64,000 nt of DNA from a phage: the sequence record PZ379074.1; one strand, 5' to 3'. The notes under the pieces were generated by a model. It was not told the origin of the DNA. It saw only the letters and a program-made list of their open reading frames with translations, and ran no database searches. Each line of letters begins with the position of its first letter. Position 1 is the first letter of the stretch. The position numbers and the translations under genes were made by a program. This document shows positions 48,397 to 58,139 of this stretch, one piece after another.

Positions 48397-48623
48397 TTTA
48401 CGGCTTCAACCTGGACGGGCGGAGCGGAACTTGTATCAATGTCTGGTAAGTCGAAATAATACCCCGCCATACCAATTGCACCCACAATCGCGGCCCGTGC
48501 CACCTTGTTGCTAATTGACTCCCCAATAAGCTTTACCAACAGGGACAAGATTTGAGACGTCAAAGCCTTTTTCAGCCTTTTGTTTTCTTCCAAATCTTTC
48601 TGCATAACTACCACCCATGTCAA
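48393..48623 (-). CDS. hypothetical small protein (76 aa) with one hydrophobic segment
   Basis: Start overlaps stop of upstream gene; AAIVGAIGMAGYYF segment. Confidence 0.4.
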   Translation of the reverse strand: MTWVVVMQKDLEENKRLKKALTSQILSLLVKLIGESISNKVARAAIVGAIGMAGYYFDLPDIDTSSAPPVQVEAVK

Positions 48624-49162
48624 CGCACTTCCTGTGTCTTAACATTACCTGAAGCATCTCTCAAGGGCAGTGGATAGTAGGCCATTTGGTAGTCTGATAC
48701 GCCTTCAATGTGATAAAACACGATTACGTCTTTGCTGTTGATGAGCATGTTAACGACATCTGATTTATCTTCTGGAGTGAGTATTAGTGCGCCGCCTGTC
48801 CTGCTGTCTACTGCAACAGGGTATGTCTTGTCGACAAGGCCGCTGTCCAATGTATTATACCTGACAACGATTTCAGGGGCATCAACTTTTACCATTGACA
48901 TTCCGAACACAAACGACACGACTTGGCGACCGCGATCATTCATTACGCACATCTTTTCCTTGTCAAACCTTTCCTTTATCACATCATATTTATTCCAGCA
49001 AAATTCGAACGATTGTCCGTTGTTAAAATATCTCGTTAACACTTTGGCATTACTATTTGGCGGCGTAAACATACTTTCAGCCGCTGCACTTTTGGTGAAG
49101 AACAAGACTGTCAGCATAGCCATGATGGTGATCAAAACAATCTTTAAAGTCTTCGATTTCAT
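48620..49162 (-). CDS. secreted/periplasmic protein (180 aa) with N-terminal signal peptide
   Basis: MKSKTLKIVLITIMAMLTVLFFTKSAAAE signal-like N-terminus. Confidence 0.5.
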   Translation of the reverse strand: MKSKTLKIVLITIMAMLTVLFFTKSAAAESMFTPPNSNAKVLTRYFNNGQSFEFCWNKYDVIKERFDKEKMCVMNDRGRQVVSFVFGMSMVKVDAPEIVVRYNTLDSGLVDKTYPVAVDSRTGGALILTPEDKSDVVNMLINSKDVIVFYHIEGVSDYQMAYYPLPLRDASGNVKTQEVR

Positions 49163-49237
49163 TATAATTCACCTTTTGATTACGAATATTAATAGTATAG
49201 GCCGAAGGTTTTGAAAGTAAATAAGGCGAAAGGTAAA

Positions 49238-49264
49238 TAAAAGAAAAGCCGGAGATTTCCGGCT
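49238..49264 (-). terminator. rho-independent terminator (minus strand) downstream of ligase gene
   Basis: GCCGGA-gattt-TCCGGC stem; on minus strand followed by TTTTCTTTT. Confidence 0.5.
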
Positions 49265-49338
49265 TTATGTATACACTGTATATTAAATTCTATAAAACGA
49301 CGCGATAGATTATCCGCACCAATTATTTATCTAGTGTC

Positions 49339-50301
49339 TTAAAAATACTCCATATCGGTAATATCACGGAAGCATTTATACAAAGCAGAGCGCGGCACAT
49401 CAACAATGCCAAAGTTAAAGAATTTATACGTTAGATATTTATCGCGATAGTTCTCGCGATTCTCCCAAAGCATTTTTCTCTCTGCCATAGGCATTGAACC
49501 AGCGGATACGCGGAAAGGAATCATTTCACCTTGCTCATCCACATATTTTGGATTGACGACTACGAATGAGCCAAGGTATCCTTTCGCAACTAAACCTTCA
49601 GCCTCTTTTGAACGCTTGGTGCGACCCAATTCGTCAATGAATGCTTCGTTGTTGTTCTCCATCATCTCAACGAAGTCTATGATCAGTCCTTCTTCATCGG
49701 TCCACGGCTTGTCCTTCCACACATCACGTGACTTTGGCGTCGCGCGGCCATGCTTGTATTTGCCCGTCCAAGACTTGCCATACAAGCCTTCATAGCCAAG
49801 CTGGTCTGCTTCGATTTGCATCGCCGCGTACTGTTCCATATTTTCGATGTTTCGATATTCGAGAGCGCGAAGGAATGGGCGTCGACCATGGTTGATGAGG
49901 TGCTGATTGACTTCAGCAACTCTAGCGCGATATTTTGCATAACGCTTTTCAAAAGGCAAATCAGGGTTGCTGAAGTCATCAAACACCCACCATGTAAAGT
50001 TAGTGATTGCATCAGTGTTCATGCATGCAGTATAGGCCTGTTGCATGACGTTCTTGTCGTTCGGATTACCGTCAATTAGCTCTCCATCAAGTCCGTGAAT
50101 TAGTTCACCCAAAAAGAGGAACTCTTTTTTGATTTGAACGTTGCGCAACGGCATGCCGGAAGTGCCCATTGGCAAGTTGTCATACGCCATTGCGCGTATG
50201 CCATCGACCTTGAATGACAGTCCGCAAGGCAGCGGAACGTCCTCGCCGCGCTCGATAATCTGCTTACGTTGGCAACCCTTCATTGGTTTTAATGCTGTCA
50301 T
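49339..50301 (-). CDS. ATP-dependent DNA ligase (nucleotidyltransferase)
   Basis: 320 aa; motif I KVDGIR (KxDGxR); size like small phage ATP ligases. Confidence 0.6.
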   Translation of the reverse strand: MTALKPMKGCQRKQIIERGEDVPLPCGLSFKVDGIRAMAYDNLPMGTSGMPLRNVQIKKEFLFLGELIHGLDGELIDGNPNDKNVMQQAYTACMNTDAITNFTWWVFDDFSNPDLPFEKRYAKYRARVAEVNQHLINHGRRPFLRALEYRNIENMEQYAAMQIEADQLGYEGLYGKSWTGKYKHGRATPKSRDVWKDKPWTDEEGLIIDFVEMMENNNEAFIDELGRTKRSKEAEGLVAKGYLGSFVVVNPKYVDEQGEMIPFRVSAGSMPMAERKMLWENRENYRDKYLTYKFFNFGIVDVPRSALYKCFRDITDMEYF

Positions 50302-50303
50302 AA

Positions 50304-50927
50304 TTATTGTCCTGTAACTTCTCTGATCACACGGTCTTCAAGTTCCAGCTTCTTTACCATTTTGCAGGAGTGCTCATAAGCTGGATCAGTAGATTTGATG
50401 AACGTTCCGTTGTACATGACACCTTTGCGGTCCTTGATGTCTTCGTAGGCCGCTTGCGCACAGTCGGATAAGCGAAGGCCATAATCATGAGCTACGCCGG
50501 AAAGGTAATCGACTGCGGCCATGATGGTGACGTCAATATCCATGGTCTGATTCTTAGCAATAGCATCACCAAGCCGTCCAAGGGTCTTTGCCAGGCGAAG
50601 GATGAATGAATGAGGGTGAGCGCCTTTATCAGCACAACCGCCGCCATTAATGTTTTCGATTTCAGTACCGTTTTGCGCCGCCAGGATGGTCAACACAACA
50701 AGACAATCGCCAATGTCGTCCTTGATTGCAGCTTGCAAGTCACAGATGGCCTGCTCTGTATATCCAATTTCAGGGTCGAAGAACACAAGGTCATGGAGTT
50801 GATCAACGTGGTCGGTTAACTCCCCAAACTCGCTGATAAGTTTCGGGTATTGGTCCTTAAGGTCGCAACCTTGGATGATGTTACGGTCAGAAGCCCACTG
50901 GCGAATGTTTGCATAAATCTGTTTCAT
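50304..50927 (-). CDS. MazG-like nucleotide pyrophosphohydrolase (putative)
   Basis: 207 aa; EFGELTDHV-type acidic helix motifs (ExxE...D); weak. Confidence 0.35.
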   Translation of the reverse strand: MKQIYANIRQWASDRNIIQGCDLKDQYPKLISEFGELTDHVDQLHDLVFFDPEIGYTEQAICDLQAAIKDDIGDCLVVLTILAAQNGTEIENINGGGCADKGAHPHSFILRLAKTLGRLGDAIAKNQTMDIDVTIMAAVDYLSGVAHDYGLRLSDCAQAAYEDIKDRKGVMYNGTFIKSTDPAYEHSCKMVKKLELEDRVIREVTGQ

Positions 50928-51443
50928 TTATTTTTCCTTTGATGCATTGAATTGATCGATTTTTATTTTAGCCTGATTATAAGTATCAATCAAGCTATTA
51001 ACTTTCTCTTTTAATCGATTTGTTTCTGCGGCGAACTGAACAAGAAATCTGACATCCTCTTCTGATAGTCCACAGTTTCCTTCTGGGATAGAGAGGCGTC
51101 CAGTGGTCGCAGAGTCGGGCACACTCCTGAGTAACTCACGGGAGCAGCTGAGTTGCTCGCGCAACTTGACATTCCCAGACTTGTAACGAGCAATAGTGTC
51201 ATCAGCAACCAGTTGCGCTTCCTGGCGACCCTTCTCATATGCCGATGCCGATTCAACCTGTAAAGTTGCAATTTGCTCTTCGAGTGCATTTATCTTGTCC
51301 TTACGCTCATTAAGCGATGTCAGATATTGATTATCCTTGGCCAGTGATGCGTTGGTTTGCTGCAGGTCTTCAACGTATGATCCAGCGGCAAACGCGCCAA
51401 CAAGGGCCAGAATCTTCAGGAGCGGTACAATTCTTTCTATCAT
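50928..51443 (-). CDS. i-spanin (Rz-like) candidate: N-terminal TM plus coiled coil
   Basis: 171 aa; TM ILALVGAFAAGSY then coiled-coil region; contains embedded +1-frame lipoprotein ORF. Confidence 0.45.
   Translation of the reverse strand: MIERIVPLLKILALVGAFAAGSYVEDLQQTNASLAKDNQYLTSLNERKDKINALEEQIATLQVESASAYEKGRQEAQLVADDTIARYKSGNVKLREQLSCSRELLRSVPDSATTGRLSIPEGNCGLSEEDVRFLVQFAAETNRLKEKVNSLIDTYNQAKIKIDQFNASKEK
51011..51238 (-). CDS. o-spanin (Rz1-like) candidate embedded within Rz-like gene in another frame
   Basis: Signal MRRVARKRNWLLMTLLLVTSLGMSSC with lipobox-like MSSC; Pro-containing mature region; start set at internal Met. Confidence 0.3.
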   Translation of the reverse strand: MRRVARKRNWLLMTLLLVTSLGMSSCASNSAAPVSYSGVCPTLRPLDASLSQKETVDYQKRMSDFLFSSPQKQID

Positions 51444-51500
51444 GATGCACCAGATAAATAAAAGGCCGCCAATCGGCAGCCTTGTTGATTTGATTGTCGA

Positions 51501-52361
51501 TTAAAACTCTTCTGCGTCGGTCGGAGTTTCGTTTACAGGACCAGCGGCACCGCTTGCTTCTTCCTGCTTGCTGCGGTCGATGTTGACGTTGCCGCCAACT
51601 ACGTCGTTGTGGAATGCTTTGGCGACTTCGTACAGACCTTTGCCCTGCACCAGACCTTCCAGCTCAAACTTCAGAACGGACCAGGTGTTGCCGTCTTTGG
51701 ACTGGGATGCAGTACCCATGCGAACGATGTTCATAAAGGTCGGCGGCGTTTTCAGACCTTGCGGAGTCTGAACTTTCTTCTGCTGCAGAGCGGTCATCAG
51801 CATGCGAGACGGCTTGATCATGGAAGAAGTCAAAGACAGCATTGCGCTACCAAATTCACCCGTTTCTTCGTTCAACAGAATTACGAAGTGGTTACGTGTA
51901 TCTGCGTAGTAAGGAGACTTCTTCTCGTGCACCTTTCCGTTTTCGTCCGGCACGAATACCTTACCGTTGATCTCAACAGCGCGGCCTGCCGCGACTTCTG
52001 CATCAACGTGCTCTTTGGTGAATTCACCTTTAAAGCCTTTATCGTCGGACTCGCGACCGCCCCAAAGGATGAAGGTGCGTTTGAATGCGCAAGGGATGAT
52101 CTGCACGCCTTTCTTGCCGTCATACAACTCACCAGTGACAGTGTTGTACAGCATGCCAGCTTTTGCGCCAGGAACGTGTTTCGGATCATCTTCGTCGACC
52201 ATAGGTGACATCTTCTGCAGGACGACGATAAAAGGAATGGCATACGCATCGGCATCGGCACCTTCAAAACCAGCGCCAAAATCGGTCATGTCGACAAAAT
52301 CAGCCATAGCGGACATCTGGGTGTTTTTCACTGCAACTTCGGTGGTTTCTTTCTTAGACAT
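51501..52361 (-). CDS. ssDNA-binding-like protein (acidic C-terminal tail ending in Phe)
   Basis: 286 aa; C-terminus ...NETPTDAEEF resembles acidic aromatic-tipped tails of SSB/T7 gp2.5-type proteins; replication module. Confidence 0.4.
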   Translation of the reverse strand: MSKKETTEVAVKNTQMSAMADFVDMTDFGAGFEGADADAYAIPFIVVLQKMSPMVDEDDPKHVPGAKAGMLYNTVTGELYDGKKGVQIIPCAFKRTFILWGGRESDDKGFKGEFTKEHVDAEVAAGRAVEINGKVFVPDENGKVHEKKSPYYADTRNHFVILLNEETGEFGSAMLSLTSSMIKPSRMLMTALQQKKVQTPQGLKTPPTFMNIVRMGTASQSKDGNTWSVLKFELEGLVQGKGLYEVAKAFHNDVVGGNVNIDRSKQEEASGAAGPVNETPTDAEEF

Positions 52362-52420
52362 TTGATATTTTCCTATAGTATCAAGTTTCGTGGCAACCTG
52401 ATTTCAAGATAAAGGTTAAA

Positions 52421-52978
52421 TTACTTTTTGCTTTTAGGCAAGGTTATTTTAGCTTCTTTGTATTCAAAAACGCTAATATCTTCACTAACTGGATTGCCCG
52501 CTTCCAGCTGTTCTTTTACAAACGACTTCAGTGTAGCAGAATGAACGCCTTGTTTCAACGTGGCTTCAACACCATCTTCACGCAGCGCGGAAACAATCTC
52601 TTGCGCCTGTTCGATTTCTTCGCGACCGAACTCAGCCGTGACGCTGGACTTGATCAAGCCGCCGTAACCGTTGTTGACAAGCCAATCGAAAACTTTTAAT
52701 TCGTTTTCTTTCTTGATTGAAGCGTTCACCTTGGACTCGACCTTGATTTTGGTCTTGTCCTCAAGCTTGATTTCGGACACGCCAAGCTCATCCATAACGC
52801 CAGGAAGCAGAACAGTTTTGATTTCACTGATTCGCTGCTTTTGCATATCAGCTTCATCTTCAAGCTCTGTCAAAGCTTCTTGGCGTTCTGCCAGTTCAGA
52901 TACTAAGCGCGCAAGGCGCTCTTGAATGCTCTCAGGAGCGACCTGCGGCAAATCATCTTCCCAATTAATATTGCTCAT
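52421..52978 (-). CDS. hypothetical acidic coiled-coil protein (185 aa)
   Basis: ORF in replication module. Confidence 0.5.
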   Translation of the reverse strand: MSNINWEDDLPQVAPESIQERLARLVSELAERQEALTELEDEADMQKQRISEIKTVLLPGVMDELGVSEIKLEDKTKIKVESKVNASIKKENELKVFDWLVNNGYGGLIKSSVTAEFGREEIEQAQEIVSALREDGVEATLKQGVHSATLKSFVKEQLEAGNPVSEDISVFEYKEAKITLPKSKK

Positions 52979-53238
52979 ATTTTACCTTCTTGCATTAGCC
53001 CTTCAACACGGGTCATTTGATAACGTTCAGGCTTCCAAGCCGCCAAAGCCTTCTCAGCGCCTTTCAAGGTTTTATATGCCTTGATGCCAGGCATAATAAC
53101 GGTATTCACCCCAGCACCGTTGCCATAATCAAACTCTTTAACAACGCGGAACATCCCGTCAATTTCTTTGACCAAAAGACGTTTGAAAGCGATTGCACCA
53201 GTAGCTTCATTTTTGTAACGTTCAAGGATGCGTACCAT
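52975..53238 (-). CDS. hypothetical protein (87 aa)
   Basis: Start overlaps upstream stop. Confidence 0.45.
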   Translation of the reverse strand: MVRILERYKNEATGAIAFKRLLVKEIDGMFRVVKEFDYGNGAGVNTVIMPGIKAYKTLKGAEKALAAWKPERYQMTRVEGLMQEGKI

Positions 53239-53312
53239 TTTGTATTCCTCTGTTTCGTTTCGATGAAGTAATTATGACTCATCTTCCGTGACAAGTCAAA
53301 TTATTTTTGATA

Positions 53313-54836
53313 TTAATTCATCTTTTTGCCGTCGAGGATGTGATCAGCAAGCATAGACTTCATACTTAATGAACGCTGAATTTCTTCATCGATGGTATCA
53401 ACACCAATAAAATCAACATACAGCACACTTGATTTGGTGCCGATGCGGTGATTTCGGTCTTCGGATTGTTTGCGCAACTCGTTGTCATAGTTGCAAGAAT
53501 AATAGATTGCCAAGTCGGCGGCGGTAAGCGTGATACCGATTCCTGCCGCTGCAGCGTGACAAACAAGCACTTGCGTCCCACCGTTCTCGACTGTGTTCTT
53601 CTGGAAGTCATCAATCAAGAACTCACGCTGCTCTTTTGACGTCTCACCGTTATATACACCAGTGACCACGCCTTCAGACTCAAGCCAATCCTTAATCTGG
53701 TTCATCTCTTCCTTAAAGATGGCCCAAACAATGAATTTGCGCTCTGGGTCGTCTTCCAGCACCCCTTCCACATAGTCCTTAAAGGCCGTGAATCGTGGGT
53801 TGTCTTCCATGTAGACCATCTCATCATACACCTTAACAAAGCCTGATGTCACCTGCTTCATCTTAGTGCGAGATGCGATCATCTCAAACTTAACGTTTTC
53901 TTCTTCGCCTTTGTACTCCATAAGATAGTTGTACTCATTCTTGAGTTCATCGTAGACATCGCGCTGCTTAGGCGACAACTCGAAGTCGATAAACTTGTAC
54001 ACCTTCTCTGGAAGGTCCGGCAAGTATTCCGCTTTTGTGGCGCGGAAATAGTGCGGTTCCATCAACCGGATAAGCTTGTCAAGGTTTTTGTACATCGGTC
54101 GGCCAAACTGGTCCTTGCGCGGCACTTGCGGAATACCATAACCATTGCCGCCAATTTTCTTGAGAATGGCCTGCATCTCTGGGTCGTGCGCTTCAAGAAG
54201 CACTGTAAATTCAGAGTTGAATGCACGGAATGATTTGGTGCCGAGCAAGCCAGCTTCAAGGAAGTGATACTGCATGTAAATATCAGCAGGCGAGCGCGGC
54301 AGCGGAGTGCCAGAAAGGATTCGACGGGCCTTTGCCAGCCGACCCAATTCCACGACCTTGATGGAGCGTTTTGCTGTGTTATTTTTGATGCGAGTCGATT
54401 CATCAATGATCATCAGGCAGCGGTATTTCTTCAAGACCGACTCGATGTGTTGATAACCTACTGGTGTGTTGACGGTATCGATGTTGAATGAGAAGATGCG
54501 CGCAGGCACTTCGCCTTCAGGGTAGTGATCAGCAAACATCTTCTCCCAAAGCGCTTTGCCCTTTTTAGTCTTCATCTTGTCATTGCCGCGCCAGTAATGC
54601 CCAATCCATTTAATGGAAAGGTGTTCTGGTGCTTCACGACGAATCCAGTTCGAGTGGACACCGTTAGGAGCGATGACAACCATGGCATCAAATGCGCCAG
54701 CGGCGAAGTGTTTTTCAAACTCTGCCAAAGCAGTCCAGGTTTTACCAAGACCCTGTTCCATAAAATAAGCAAAGTATTTTCTGCGGCCTGCTTTATCAAG
54801 CGCCAATAATTGGTGGCGCATTCCTTGTGTTTTCAT
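53313..54836 (-). CDS. SNF2-family helicase
   Basis: 507 aa; motif I GLGKT, motif II DESTRIKN (DExx), C-terminal helicase region. Confidence 0.75.
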   Translation of the reverse strand: MKTQGMRHQLLALDKAGRRKYFAYFMEQGLGKTWTALAEFEKHFAAGAFDAMVVIAPNGVHSNWIRREAPEHLSIKWIGHYWRGNDKMKTKKGKALWEKMFADHYPEGEVPARIFSFNIDTVNTPVGYQHIESVLKKYRCLMIIDESTRIKNNTAKRSIKVVELGRLAKARRILSGTPLPRSPADIYMQYHFLEAGLLGTKSFRAFNSEFTVLLEAHDPEMQAILKKIGGNGYGIPQVPRKDQFGRPMYKNLDKLIRLMEPHYFRATKAEYLPDLPEKVYKFIDFELSPKQRDVYDELKNEYNYLMEYKGEEENVKFEMIASRTKMKQVTSGFVKVYDEMVYMEDNPRFTAFKDYVEGVLEDDPERKFIVWAIFKEEMNQIKDWLESEGVVTGVYNGETSKEQREFLIDDFQKNTVENGGTQVLVCHAAAAGIGITLTAADLAIYYSCNYDNELRKQSEDRNHRIGTKSSVLYVDFIGVDTIDEEIQRSLSMKSMLADHILDGKKMN

Positions 54837-55255
54837 GACAATTCCTCTAAATACTTGATGATGTGATGAATAGTTCCCTTCACGATTATCTCACGTTGAA
54901 CGTCTGCAGTATTATAACGCTTTAATTCAATAGAAGGGTGGACTAAATAAAACATCTTCTCAGAATCAACTTTAAGTAAAACGAATGATGGGTATCGCCA
55001 ATCATTCCAAGACGAAAGAAAGCTGCATTGGCCTTTCTCAAATGCATTTCTGAAAGGTGCAGTGGTGGCCCTTGCAGGCCACGATTCAAAGAACTTCATT
55101 TCAAGCCAAAAGCCGCGCCCTTTCCGGTTGGTGCCGATTACGTCCGGCACACCATCACCCGTCATTGATTCGATTCTTTGAAGCTTCAAGATTGATTCTG
55201 AATGCTTCTTCAAAGGCACGAATATGTATTTCTGTTCACGGTTATTTGTTGCCAT
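54833..55255 (-). CDS. VRR-NUC / PD-(D/E)xK-type nuclease (putative)
   Basis: GVPDVIGTNRKGRGFWLEMK (D...E.K pattern); start set at internal Met; overlaps end of polymerase gene. Confidence 0.45.
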   Translation of the reverse strand: MATNNREQKYIFVPLKKHSESILKLQRIESMTGDGVPDVIGTNRKGRGFWLEMKFFESWPARATTAPFRNAFEKGQCSFLSSWNDWRYPSFVLLKVDSEKMFYLVHPSIELKRYNTADVQREIIVKGTIHHIIKYLEELS

Positions 55256-58139
55256 TTGGATACACCTGTTTGATAACGTCGACGATGAACATGTCAATGC
55301 CTTCAAGTTTGCGGCCTTTCATCAGAAAGAATGCGCCGTTCCCGACGTTCTCTGCAATGTATTTCCCGTATTTCTGGAACTTCTCTGGACGAATCCTGAA
55401 GCGCATTGGCGAGTCGGTCGAATCGTCCTTGCACATAAGGTCAATGAACTGAGTCTCAAGCTTGTTTCCATACTGGTCAAACTCTGCGTAGCGGCCATCA
55501 GCTTGAAGACCCTTTTTAAGTTTGCCGTGCTTTGTATAAATGCCGCGCTCAAGACGTTTACGGATGCGTGTCGCTTCGTTCTCGTCAGCCAGCACTTTCT
55601 TGGTCAACTTGCCGATCACTATTGCACGCTCGTCATCTCCGACTTCCTTCATCTGGCGTATTGAAGCACCGGAAGTAACGCCAATCAGATAGGGGTCATT
55701 ATATGCCCAGCCGAACTTTGTGTGCATTTCGGTAAGGTCGCCGTATTTAACTTCAGCATTGGCCAATGCGTCCTTCTGTTTTTGCGTTAAGGTTCCGGCT
55801 TCACGCGCTTCGATGTACTTCATCGCCTTCACCATGCCATATCCTTTTGCGTTCATGATGCCGCCGATTAGCTTTCCGTTAGCGATGGTCCAGTTCATTG
55901 AAGAGTGATCAGGGTCGATTGGCACATAATCCACGCCTTCCTTCGCAAGTTCACGTAATATAGCAATCGTCTGGTCTTCGTCCTTAGCAGCGCGTAAGCA
56001 AGCAGCGGCAAATTCCAACGGGTAGTGTCGCTTAAGCCACAAGGTCCAGTAGGTCACGACCGCGTATGATACGGAGTGTGACTTGTTAAAGCCCCATGAC
56101 CCGAACGTCGCCATCGCTTGCCAAAGCTTTCTTGCATCCGCTTCCGGTACGCCGTTATTTATTGCGCCTGCAACGAAGTCTTCGCCAAGCTTGTTAAAGT
56201 ATTCCTCACCCTTACGACCTGACATCGCCTTACGTACAGCGGATGTTTTCGCCCAGTCAAATGAACCAATCTCTTTAACCACGGCCATGATTTGCTCTTG
56301 GTAAAGAAACACGCCGTAAGTCTCTTTTAAGTACGGCTCAAGCTGCGGCACGTCGTACTCAATCGGCGCACGTCCTGCCGCGCGTTCAATGTATTTCTGG
56401 GCCATACCGGACGACAACGGGCCAGGTCGGCCAAGTGCTGTCAGGTTATCGATTTTGTTAAAGTTATCAACGTGCACAAAGTTGGTCACTGAGCGTACAG
56501 CGTCGCCTTCAAACTGGAAGATGCCTGACATCTTGTTTTCGTTAAGGATGTCAAGGACGCTTTGGTCATCAAGCTTGATTCCGTACAGCGTTTCAGCATC
56601 TATCACGCCAGTATCAGAAATGATTCCGAGGGTACGAAGACCCAATGCATCAAGCTTCAAAAGGTTAAGGTATTCGCTGTCAGGCTTATCAATTTGCGCA
56701 ATCCCTTCCGCCGTCACCGTACAGTAATCAGAGATTGGGTCATTACACACAATGATTCCCGCTGCGTGAACGCCAGTGTGGGAAGGGTGAATCTCAAGGT
56801 CACCCATGCAACGCGCGGCGTCAGGATATTTCGCCACGAACTCTTGACCCGTAGTCGTTGTTGCAAAGGTATCCTCCAGGCCGTGACCATAACGGGCGTC
56901 ACCGGATGAGTATTCAAGCAGTGCGTTTTTAATGTTGGCCGTTTCGTGATATCCAATGTTGAACTTCTTACCAACCTGCGCCATTACTGAGTTGGCCTTA
57001 AGCGTGTTTATGTTGCCAAGCTTTGCAACGTTCATTTCGCCGTATTTCTCTTTAAGATAATCAAACACCATATAGCGTTTGGTATCTTCAAAGTCGATGT
57101 CGATGTCAGGAAGGTCGGCGCGGCTTACGTCGATGAATCGGGCAAACAGCAGCTTATACGGGATTGGGTCCACTTCCGTGATGCCGAGACAATAGCAAAC
57201 AAGTGAACCAGCCGATGAGCCGCGAGCAGGCCCGACTAGCATTTTTGTTTTTGCGAATCGTACAAGGTCCGCTACCACCAGAAAGTATGAGTCGAAATCT
57301 TTCAGCTGAATCTGGTGAATTTCTTCGTTGAAGCGGTCCTCATATTCCTGAGTCCATTCTTTGATGTGACCTGCTTTTAGACGGTACTCCATCCCCTCGC
57401 GAGCAAGCTTTACCATGTCACCAGCAAGGTGGATAATCGGTGCCTTTCGCAGCTTCAGGTCAAGCCCAACGATTCCGTTTGCAATATCAATCGCATTGAC
57501 CGTTGCCTGATCAAGCTCATCTTCAGTCAAGATTCCTTTAAGCTGTTTGCGCAAGTCTTCAACGTCAACGATGCAATGCGGCTTAACCGTGTCGCGCACT
57601 TCCCACGCATAAGCGAAGTCAACGTGCTCAGGAGAAGGCATGTGATTGTATCCGGTTAAAACCAGCGGCCTTCCACTGCTACGATGAGCCAACGCCTGGC
57701 GCTTTGCCAAAAGGAACGACGATGGGTTGACGTCTATATAGTCGTAGTCCTCTGGCCGCAGCAGTTCCACGGCACCGCCACAGAATTTAACGACGCCATC
57801 GAGCGCCCCGAACTCTGCACGGGTAAGACCACCACGCTGCGTTGCAAGTGTTGTAGCGTTGTAAAAAGATTTTAAGTCAAGGGCCAATATCCAAGCCTTC
57901 GGTTTGAATCCCTTTTTCGGGTCCGCATCAGGGTCGATGATTGGAATCTCCATTCCAAACATAGGCTTAATATCATTTTTCTGGCATTCCTTTTCCCAGC
58001 GAACGTGACCCCATGTGTTGTTATCAACTAATGCCGCGACTTCGCAGCCCAACTCTTTGAGCCGTGCTATAATTTCAGGATGCCGTCCATAAACTTCTTT
58101 GAACGTGTAACCGCTGCGAACTCTCAATTGTGGAAACAT
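55242..58139 (-). CDS. DNA polymerase III alpha (DnaE)-like replicative polymerase
   Basis: 965 aa; N-terminal PHP-like region and long polymerase core; adjacent separate DnaQ-like exonuclease. Confidence 0.75.
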   Translation of the reverse strand: MFPQLRVRSGYTFKEVYGRHPEIIARLKELGCEVAALVDNNTWGHVRWEKECQKNDIKPMFGMEIPIIDPDADPKKGFKPKAWILALDLKSFYNATTLATQRGGLTRAEFGALDGVVKFCGGAVELLRPEDYDYIDVNPSSFLLAKRQALAHRSSGRPLVLTGYNHMPSPEHVDFAYAWEVRDTVKPHCIVDVEDLRKQLKGILTEDELDQATVNAIDIANGIVGLDLKLRKAPIIHLAGDMVKLAREGMEYRLKAGHIKEWTQEYEDRFNEEIHQIQLKDFDSYFLVVADLVRFAKTKMLVGPARGSSAGSLVCYCLGITEVDPIPYKLLFARFIDVSRADLPDIDIDFEDTKRYMVFDYLKEKYGEMNVAKLGNINTLKANSVMAQVGKKFNIGYHETANIKNALLEYSSGDARYGHGLEDTFATTTTGQEFVAKYPDAARCMGDLEIHPSHTGVHAAGIIVCNDPISDYCTVTAEGIAQIDKPDSEYLNLLKLDALGLRTLGIISDTGVIDAETLYGIKLDDQSVLDILNENKMSGIFQFEGDAVRSVTNFVHVDNFNKIDNLTALGRPGPLSSGMAQKYIERAAGRAPIEYDVPQLEPYLKETYGVFLYQEQIMAVVKEIGSFDWAKTSAVRKAMSGRKGEEYFNKLGEDFVAGAINNGVPEADARKLWQAMATFGSWGFNKSHSVSYAVVTYWTLWLKRHYPLEFAAACLRAAKDEDQTIAILRELAKEGVDYVPIDPDHSSMNWTIANGKLIGGIMNAKGYGMVKAMKYIEAREAGTLTQKQKDALANAEVKYGDLTEMHTKFGWAYNDPYLIGVTSGASIRQMKEVGDDERAIVIGKLTKKVLADENEATRIRKRLERGIYTKHGKLKKGLQADGRYAEFDQYGNKLETQFIDLMCKDDSTDSPMRFRIRPEKFQKYGKYIAENVGNGAFFLMKGRKLEGIDMFIVDVIKQVYPNGNK

